Shown: in pieces, positions 57,713 to 64,000 of the stretch
Position numbering within the stretch: position 1 is the first letter of the stretch
Layout: the number at the start of each line of letters is the position of its first letter
NCBI GenBank assembly: GCA_963821645.1
Contig: CAWGEQ010000050.1
Span: forward strand, 174-64,173
From: an uncultured delta proteobacterium
GTDB lineage: Bacteria > Desulfobacterota > RBG-13-43-22
Length of the DNA stretch: 64,000 bases
Direction: 5' to 3'
Program-made: the position numbers and the translations under genes
Notes under the pieces: generated by a model
The model's database searches: none
What the model was told of the DNA's origin: nothing
What the model saw: only the letters and a program-made list of their open reading frames with translations

Positions 57713-58440
57713 GATTTTTCCTTTCCTTCGGCATGGACGAGGATGATGGAAAGATACCCGGCCTCGGGGTCCTCGGCCTTCAACCGGCGTAAATCGGTTT
57801 CTATCCGCTGTCCTTCCTGCCCGGCCCGGGCCACAAAGACGGCCTGATCCATGAGGCCCAGCTTTTCCAGAAGGTCCAGAATCTTGGCCAGACGTTTTCC
57901 GATCTTCATCAAGACTACCGTCCCGCCCTTTTCCAGGGCCTGTTCGACCATGGCCAGGTCATCGGCCGTGGGGATGATCGTTACCGGGGCCTTGGCCTCG
58001 CCCACCGGAAATTCGGTCAGGGCCGCGGCCGCGCTGAAGGCATTTACCCCTGGTACGGTCAGGGCCGTAAGATTGGGGATCTTTCGGCGCAGATGACGTA
58101 AAAGATAGATATAAGTCGAATAGAGCAAGGGATCGCCCAAGGTCAGGAAGCAGCAGTCATGCCCTTCGACGAGAAAGTCAGCGATTTTTTGAGCCGCCCC
58201 ATCCCAATGATTGGAAAGTGCTTTGGGATCGGTGATCATGGGAAACATCAATTCCATGACCTGGGAATCCCGGCCTAAAAAAGGGCCGGCGATCTTCAAG
58301 GCAGCACTGTCCCGCTCTTCCCGGGATTTGGGGACAAAGACCATTCGGCACTCTGAAAGGAGCTTGGCCCCCTTGATGGTCATCAATTCCGGGTCCCCGG
58401 GTCCTACGCCGATACCATAGAGTTTTCCAAGTGTTTTCAT
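57709..58440 (-). CDS. cbiL: Cobalt-precorrin-2 C20-methyltransferase CbiL
   Basis: Contains KLYGIGVGPGDPELMTIKG and LGDPLLYSTY. Confidence 0.85.
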   Translation of the reverse strand: MKTLGKLYGIGVGPGDPELMTIKGAKLLSECRMVFVPKSREERDSAALKIAGPFLGRDSQVMELMFPMITDPKALSNHWDGAAQKIADFLVEGHDCCFLTLGDPLLYSTYIYLLRHLRRKIPNLTALTVPGVNAFSAAAALTEFPVGEAKAPVTIIPTADDLAMVEQALEKGGTVVLMKIGKRLAKILDLLEKLGLMDQAVFVARAGQEGQRIETDLRRLKAEDPEAGYLSIILVHAEGKEKS

Positions 58441-58459
58441 AAAAGCTTTCTTTTGATGA

Positions 58460-59080
58460 TTAGAAAAAGTGTCCTCGAAGAGACTTCAATCTTTCCCAGG
58501 TCTTCGGGTTCTGACCGAGCCGAATCTTCTCATCGTCCAGGGTTAAATTTTCGCAGACATAAACGGCCCAACCGGAACCCAACCCTTGCAGGGCTTTGGC
58601 CAGCCACTCCACCGAGCCCTTACGGCCTCCCAATACAGCTATCTTTTCGACACCTGAATCAAGGACATCCTGAAAATCCGTTTTGGGATCCTGGCCATGG
58701 GCGTCTATGATTCGGGCCTCCCCCCAATCCAAACCCAAACGGGCAAAGGCCACCTGGATGGAGCTGATTCCCGGGATGACCCGGCAGGCCTCCCGGCCAA
58801 ACCGCCTGATAACCGGGCGGGCCAGACTGGACAGGCCGGGATCTCCGGAAACCAGCACAACCATGGGGCGGCCCTGATGATTGGCCATTTCTTCCAAAAC
58901 GGTTTCCACCTGGCTCCCCATTTCGATGACCGTCTCGGCTTGATGATCCGGGAAGAGATCCAGCAGTCTCCTGGCCCCGACCAATATTTCCGCGTCCTCA
59001 ACGGCCTTGGCCGCCAGGGATGTTATGTACTCCGGTGATCCGGGACCACAGCCGACAATGGTTATGTCAGGCTTCTTCAT
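58460..59080 (-). CDS. cbiE: Cobalt-precorrin-7 C5-methyltransferase CbiE
   Basis: ITIVGCGPGSPEYIT...SGDPGLSS. The likely start is ATG 59080, overlapping the cbiD stop (ATGA). The ORF is open to 59116. Confidence 0.8.
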   Translation of the reverse strand: MKKPDITIVGCGPGSPEYITSLAAKAVEDAEILVGARRLLDLFPDHQAETVIEMGSQVETVLEEMANHQGRPMVVLVSGDPGLSSLARPVIRRFGREACRVIPGISSIQVAFARLGLDWGEARIIDAHGQDPKTDFQDVLDSGVEKIAVLGGRKGSVEWLAKALQGLGSGWAVYVCENLTLDDEKIRLGQNPKTWERLKSLRGHFF

Positions 59081-60132
59081 CGCCACGGCTCCAGGTTTCC
59101 GGAAGCGCCCAGCCATTCCCCTTGAAGATTGACCAATACGGCGGCCGTCTCTATCCCTTTTCCAAGACGGGCACTTACCGCATCGTTAACCCGGCTGGCC
59201 AACAAATCGCCCAGGGCTTTTCTCTCCTCATTGGATATGGCCATTATAAGCCCTTCTACCGTCGAGCTTGCTGGGAGTGGCTGTTTCACGATTTCCGAAG
59301 CCGCCTTTTCAACAAAGGCCAGGGCGCTTTTGGACCGGGAAGAATGGGTGTCCCACTGATTTTCCGCTAATTTGACCAGTTTTCCCGGATGCCCCAGGAC
59401 CAGCAGATGTTCCCAGTTATATTCGGTCAGGCTGTCCAACATGAAGCCCCATTCGTTGCTCACCTCGATCACCTGATCGGAAAGAAGGGAAAAGTGTTTT
59501 CGGGCGGCCCGCTCCCCGATATGGCCGGGCACAAAGACCGGTGCCTTGATCCCGGCGGACCGGGCCACATTTAAGGCACATTTTAAAGACTCCTGCAAGG
59601 CCGGACAGCTAAAGGGACGGACCCGGCCCTGGGTCCCCAGGATGGACAAGCCACCCAGCACCCCCAAGCGGGGATTAAAGGTCTTGGCGGCCAGTGCTTC
59701 CCCTCCGGGGATGGATATGAAGATCCTCAGCCCTTGATCGGTAATTTCCCGAACAGCCCGACGGATCTGCTCCCGCGGAACCGGATTGATGGCTGCTTCC
59801 CCCACAGGCAGACTCAAGCCCGGCTTGGTGATCCTTCCAACACCCTCACCGGCTTCGAAGAGGATCTCCTTCCCTTCCATCATGGAGACCGAGGCCTTGA
59901 TCAAAACCCCGTGGGTGATATCCGGATCATCCCCGGCATCCTTACGCACCGCCGCTAACCCCACCCCTTCATGAAGGTCTGCCAGGACCACGGGGAAACG
60001 CACCCGTTCGCCGTCAGGCAGTCCTACCTCCACTTCTTCCTCCAGAATCCCATCCCTGAGAAGCCTAACGGCCGCCTTGGCCGCCGCCGCGGCACAGGTG
60101 CCGGTGGTATAACCGGAACGAAGGGTGCTCAT
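59077..60132 (-). CDS. cbiD: Cobalt-precorrin-5B C1-methyltransferase CbiD
   Basis: 351 aa starting LRSGYTTGTCAAAAAKAA, the typical CbiD N-terminus. Confidence 0.9.
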   Translation of the reverse strand: MSTLRSGYTTGTCAAAAAKAAVRLLRDGILEEEVEVGLPDGERVRFPVVLADLHEGVGLAAVRKDAGDDPDITHGVLIKASVSMMEGKEILFEAGEGVGRITKPGLSLPVGEAAINPVPREQIRRAVREITDQGLRIFISIPGGEALAAKTFNPRLGVLGGLSILGTQGRVRPFSCPALQESLKCALNVARSAGIKAPVFVPGHIGERAARKHFSLLSDQVIEVSNEWGFMLDSLTEYNWEHLLVLGHPGKLVKLAENQWDTHSSRSKSALAFVEKAASEIVKQPLPASSTVEGLIMAISNEERKALGDLLASRVNDAVSARLGKGIETAAVLVNLQGEWLGASGNLEPWR

Positions 60133-61061
60133 CCGTCTTCCGCCCCTTTTTTGCCGGTTTTCCCTTCATAGAGCCGGATCAGGTCCCTCCTGGCCTTTCC
60201 GACGGTCAAAGGGATTTTATCAAAAGGCAAACGGTCCTCATGTTTTAAGCGGTAGATCAATTCGGCGATCTGGGGCAGCCGGAGTTTCACCTGATGCATT
60301 TCTTCCGGGGCATTGAAGACCTCTTCCGGGGTCCCCCCTCTGACCATTTTACCCTTGCTCAAGATATAAAGCCGGTCTAAAAACACCGGGACCAGGTCCA
60401 CACTGTGGGTGGCCATGACCATGGTCACCCCGTTTTCTTTGTTCAGCCGGGTCAGAAGATGCATCATCTTGGTTTCGCCCATGGGGTCCAGTCCGGCGGT
60501 AGGTTCGTCCATCAAAAGGATCTCATGGCCCATGGCCAGGAGTCCGGCGATGCAAACCCTTTTTTTCTGGCCGAAGCTTAGGTGATGGATGGACTTTTTC
60601 TCATAGCCCTCCATCTCCACCTCTTTCACGGCCTGAATGGTTCTCTCGGTAATCTCCTTTTCGGGAAAGCCCATATTAATCGGCCCGAAAGCCACGTCTT
60701 CAAAGACCGTGGAGGCAAAAAGTTGATCATCCGGGTTCTGGAAAACAAGTCCCATCTTGCGGTATATTTCCTTGGGGGATAATTTTTTTAATTCCAGCCC
60801 GTCCAGAAAGGCCTTCCCGGAAAATTCCTTGAGCAAACCATCCATAATTTTGAGCAGGGTGGTCTTGCCCGAACCGTTGGAACCTAAGATCCCGACAAAC
60901 TCCCCCTTATGCACATCCAGGGAAATATCCGCCAGGGCGACGGTCCGGTCCGGATAAGTAAAGGAATCGATCCTCACCGATAGCCGGGGTTCGGGGCGGT
61001 CCGGATTGTTTTCTAATAGGCCCATACCATACCCATAATCAAAACGAAACTTATGGAACAC
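60129..61061 (-). CDS. cbiO: Cobalt/ECF-type ABC transporter ATPase CbiO
   Basis: Contains Walker A GSNGSGKTT, signature LSFGQKKR and Walker B LLMDEP. The start may be Met at 61025. Confidence 0.88.
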   Translation of the reverse strand: MFHKFRFDYGYGMGLLENNPDRPEPRLSVRIDSFTYPDRTVALADISLDVHKGEFVGILGSNGSGKTTLLKIMDGLLKEFSGKAFLDGLELKKLSPKEIYRKMGLVFQNPDDQLFASTVFEDVAFGPINMGFPEKEITERTIQAVKEVEMEGYEKKSIHHLSFGQKKRVCIAGLLAMGHEILLMDEPTAGLDPMGETKMMHLLTRLNKENGVTMVMATHSVDLVPVFLDRLYILSKGKMVRGGTPEEVFNAPEEMHQVKLRLPQIAELIYRLKHEDRLPFDKIPLTVGKARRDLIRLYEGKTGKKGAEDG

Positions 61062-61765
61062 AGGATCTCCAAAGGTTGAAAGGCCCGGTGCTTGAGAAAT
61101 GGCAAGTGTCCGTCGTATCCCCTTTGGACCATGGCCTGGGCCGTATTCTGGCTCTGGTCAAATCCCTTGAGGGTCAGGGACCCGGCCAGGACCCCAAAGG
61201 AGGTTAACCCCCGCCGCACATTGGAATAACCCAGCCTGTTTTTCTGGGCCTGATAAATAACCAGGGCATCCTCGACCAGGACAAAAATATAGCGGTAGGC
61301 AAAAAGGACGATCTCGATAAAACCCTTTGGAATCCTCATCCAGGAAAGACCGGCTAAAAACTCGGTAAAAGGGGTGGAGAATCCCAGAAGGGCCACCAGG
61401 GATACGGCCGCACCCATACGGTTGCCGATCATCAGACCCTGCAGAAGACCATCTTGATAGCCGATTAGCTTTAATCCAAAACAATGAATCACAAAGAGGG
61501 GCTTTTGGCCGGTGAAAAAAGTTTTTAAGATCAGAAGCACGGCAATGATAAAGAGGGGTTCGGAAAAACGCATCAAGATGGTCCGCAGGGAGATCCGCAT
61601 CTGAATCCAGAAGACCAGACACAAACCACAGACCAAGAGAGGAAATAAGAACCCCTGATAACTGATGACCATAACCAGAAGGGCCAGGGTGACTAAAAGC
61701 TTGATCCGGGCATCCACACGGGAAAGCCAGTGACCTTTGGCTAAAAATTGGTGAATATGTTCCAT
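61013..61765 (-). CDS. cbiQ: Cobalt transporter transmembrane component CbiQ
   Basis: 250 aa polytopic protein with the ECF T-component pattern (DARIKLL..., ...AYRYIFVL). Lies between cbiN and cbiO. Confidence 0.85.
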   Translation of the reverse strand: MEHIHQFLAKGHWLSRVDARIKLLVTLALLVMVISYQGFLFPLLVCGLCLVFWIQMRISLRTILMRFSEPLFIIAVLLILKTFFTGQKPLFVIHCFGLKLIGYQDGLLQGLMIGNRMGAAVSLVALLGFSTPFTEFLAGLSWMRIPKGFIEIVLFAYRYIFVLVEDALVIYQAQKNRLGYSNVRRGLTSFGVLAGSLTLKGFDQSQNTAQAMVQRGYDGHLPFLKHRAFQPLEILCSISFVLIMGMVWAY

Positions 61766-62202
61766 CAGGATTTTGATTTCTCCTTAGAGTGTAAAGAGGA
61801 CCTTTCAACCAGAAGGACCCTCCAGTAATATCCGGCGATGAATCCCCCAACAGCCCCGGCTAAAAGAAATACAAAAAGGAGGAGGTCTCCCTGATCGGTA
61901 TTGATAAGGGGCTTCCAGGCCTTCCTCCCTTGCTCCTGGGCCACTTTATTTACCACCGATTCATCCACCCCCGCCCATTTATCAGCGCCGAAAGCTAAGG
62001 ACTGAAGAATAAAAACAACGAGTAGAAACGTCGGCAAAAGAGGCGATAAATTTTTATAAGGTTTTCTTAATTCCGAACGCCGAACGCTTAACGCCGAAGG
62101 CTTAACTTCCCGTTCCGAACTCCGAACCCCCAACTCCGAACGATTATTTCTCCCTTCGTGATTCGGCGATCCACAATCCGCAATCCGGATTCGGCACATC
62201 AT
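61765..62202 (-). CDS. cbiN: Cobalt transport protein CbiN; start uncertain (ATG 62202 coupled to cbiM, or TTG 62037)
   Basis: The C-terminal 90 aa (FGADKWAGVDES...AWKPL...LLFVFLLAGAVGGFIAGYYW) looks like CbiN. The first 50 or so codons of the ORF are encoded by a CCGAAC/ATCCG-type repeat. Confidence 0.7.
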   Translation of the reverse strand: MMCRIRIADCGSPNHEGRNNRSELGVRSSEREVKPSALSVRRSELRKPYKNLSPLLPTFLLVVFILQSLAFGADKWAGVDESVVNKVAQEQGRKAWKPLINTDQGDLLLFVFLLAGAVGGFIAGYYWRVLLVERSSLHSKEKSKS

Positions 62203-62903
62203 ATTCCTACCTCCGCCGGTTTTAAGACCTTCATCTTAACCAGAAGGTCCGGCCTTTTTTTATAAAGCAGGCCGATCATGCCCGCCGTCAGGGCTCCCTC
62301 CAGGATGCCCAAAGGAAGCTGGGTCGGGATAAAGGCGATGACTATTTTCCAAAAAAGCGGCAGAAACGGAGAGGTTCCTTTGATTCCGGAAGCCAGCTCC
62401 ACCGAAGTGGTCAGATAGGTGGCCCAGTCGGCTAAGAGCCCGGCCAAAAAACCCGCCGCAAACAGGGGTATCTTTAACCCACGCGAAGCCCGAAAGATTA
62501 AAAAACCAACCCAGGAACCCACCACCCCCATGGAAAAGATATCGGCCCCCCAGGTGGTTAATCCACCATGGGCCAGAAAGAGGGCCTGAATCAGCAAGGC
62601 GGCGGAGGTGATCAGGATGCTCAGCGACGGCCCGACCAGGATTCCGGAGATGGCTGTCCCACAGGGGTGGGAACAGGTGCCGGCCGTCGGCACCGGAATG
62701 GGCATACAAGAGATGATAAAGACCACGGCCGCCAAGAGTCCCATTAAAGGCTTGAAGGACAGGTCCAGGGCGGCGTTCTTCTTCAAACGGGCCAATCCGA
62801 AAACCCAAAAGGGCAAAACGGCTATAAACCAGAAAACAGCCCAGTTGAAAGGTAATATGCCCTCTGAGATGTGCATGGCCTGGGCGTTGTCGGTGAAGAG
62901 CAA
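62199..62903 (-). CDS. cbiM: Cobalt transporter substrate-capture component CbiM
   Basis: 234 aa with the N-terminal MHISEGILP motif typical of CbiM, and polytopic topology. Confidence 0.88.
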   Translation of the reverse strand: MLFTDNAQAMHISEGILPFNWAVFWFIAVLPFWVFGLARLKKNAALDLSFKPLMGLLAAVVFIISCMPIPVPTAGTCSHPCGTAISGILVGPSLSILITSAALLIQALFLAHGGLTTWGADIFSMGVVGSWVGFLIFRASRGLKIPLFAAGFLAGLLADWATYLTTSVELASGIKGTSPFLPLFWKIVIAFIPTQLPLGILEGALTAGMIGLLYKKRPDLLVKMKVLKPAEVGI

Positions 62904-63042
62904 ACAAGCGCTAAGAAAAAAAGGGTGAATTTGGTTAATTGATCAAACTTTAAAAATCCCTCCCGACCTCCCTTTGTCAAAGGGAGGGGCCAACCTTCCC
63001 TCTTTCGGAAAGGGGGACTGAGGGGGATTTTTTGTGCACCCT

Positions 63043-63600
63043 TCAAACTTTCAATTTATAATCTTCATTTACCGACTTTCCGAGGTACTTGGCCGCCTCC
63101 TCCGGGAGCATGGGCACAAATTCGTACTGCCCGTGAGGGATTGGAAAATTTTCTTCGGGCGGTAAACTCCTATTTCTCACATCTTCTTCTTCCTGAGATT
63201 TTTGAATGCACTGATGGACCAGGTCCACCAGCAATTCGTCATATCCCAGGCCTTTCCCCAGGACCAATTCCACCTGAGGATATTTCCGGGCCTCTTGCTG
63301 CATCATCTTGGGAATATCCAGCAGAAGGTGCAAACCCATGTGGAGGAAATAAGGGATGACCAGGACCTTGGTCGCCCCGATGAGGACGCAGTGTTCAAAA
63401 ACCTCTGGGAAATGAGGGCCCAGCCTGGACATAAAGCAGATTTCGACCATGGCATATCCATATTTTTCCTTGAGACGCTCGGCGGTCTTCTGCATATTTC
63501 TGGCCGCCTCAGGCACACGGCTCCCATGGCCCAGGAGGATAATGGCTTCTTTTTTGGTATCGGTAGCGCTTGGATTTTTCACACTCATTTTTTCAGGCAT
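63043..63600 (-). CDS. cbiX: Sirohydrochlorin cobaltochelatase, short CbiX type
   Basis: 185 aa with ILLGHGSRVPEA and VIPYFLHMGLH motifs of CbiX(S), plus an acidic C-terminal tail. Confidence 0.8.
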   Translation of the reverse strand: MPEKMSVKNPSATDTKKEAIILLGHGSRVPEAARNMQKTAERLKEKYGYAMVEICFMSRLGPHFPEVFEHCVLIGATKVLVIPYFLHMGLHLLLDIPKMMQQEARKYPQVELVLGKGLGYDELLVDLVHQCIQKSQEEEDVRNRSLPPEENFPIPHGQYEFVPMLPEEAAKYLGKSVNEDYKLKV

Positions 63601-63657
63601 AAAAATTATTTCCCCCCCAAGGGTTTAATTGTCTCTCGTCAATAAACAAACATTGAG

Positions 63658-64000
63658 TTACCTATTTTTTTTATCGGTTGAGCCGGCCAAAACACAAAGG
63701 GCATGGATGACACTGACAGCCAAAGGACTCCCGCCGCGCCGGCCCTCCAGGGTTATATAAGGGATATCCAGGGACATCAATTCGTCCTTGCTTTCCACCA
63801 CATGGACAAAACCCACCGGCATGGCAATGACCAAGGCCGGCCGCACCTGTTCTTCTTTGATCATCCGGTTCAATTCCAGCAAGGCCAGCGGGGCATTCCC
63901 AAAGACGGCGATGGCACCCTCCAGATAGGGCCTGGCCTTGCGAATCCCAAAAATGGACCGGGGCCATCCCGATTTTCGGGACTCTTGAACGACCTCCTCA
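63658..64000 (-). CDS. cbiC: Cobalt-precorrin-8 methylmutase CbiC (3' part; the frame is open to the window end)
   Basis: ...AIAVFGNAPLALLELNRMI...VIAMPVGFV...GGSPLAVSVIHAL is typical of CbiC/CobH. The frame is open from 63999. Confidence 0.85.
   Translation of the reverse strand, partial: EEVVQESRKSGWPRSIFGIRKARPYLEGAIAVFGNAPLALLELNRMIKEEQVRPALVIAMPVGFVHVVESKDELMSLDIPYITLEGRRGGSPLAVSVIHALCVLAGSTDKKNR

Noticed and set aside
61158-61850. 230-aa and 215-aa (62260..62907) alternative-frame ORFs overlapping cbiQ and cbiM
   Set aside because: The in-frame cbiQ and cbiM products have clear membrane-protein family features. The alternative frames are Gly/Pro/Arg-rich shadows.
62904-63042. Cobalamin riboswitch upstream of cbiM
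   Set aside because: The spacer is only 139 nt. It lacks a B12-box (GCCACTG-type) and has only a vague AAGGGTG..AAATCC resemblance to the consensus 5' part.

Overview
The window is about 50% GC and mostly coding. It looks like an anaerobic Deltaproteobacteria/Desulfobacterota (Syntrophales-like) chromosome; this is inferred from gene content, not from any search. The left third holds housekeeping genes: partial tmRNA with smpB, ptsI-ptsH, and rsmI-yraN-rnhB-rplS-trmD-rimM-KH-rpsP-ffh. These are followed by tRNA-Val, pgsA, miaA, mutL, truA, argC, rpsI-rplM, rnc, a radical SAM gene and era. The middle holds metabolic genes:
- benzoyl-CoA lower-pathway genes bamA/oah and had;
- a selenocysteine formate dehydrogenase fused to a GltD-like module;
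- a sigma-54 two-component system next to a Liv-type ABC transporter with two paralogous binding proteins and an acyl-CoA ligase.
The right end holds the anaerobic cobalamin cluster (cbiB, JHGFLED, cbiOQNM, cbiX, partial cbiC). Between nagZ and cbiB lies a compositionally foreign island. It carries vapBC, an AT-rich secreted hypothetical protein, a SIR2-like gene paired with a DUF429/RNase-H-like gene, and a GC-rich structured non-coding element. The SIR2-like/DUF429 pair is my best candidate for an undescribed defence-type system. Six known genes and one small ORF are each broken by exactly one extra base, which suggests insertion-biased consensus errors. Several families of hairpin-forming intergenic repeats are present. 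All domain assignments come from reading motifs by eye; no searches were run.
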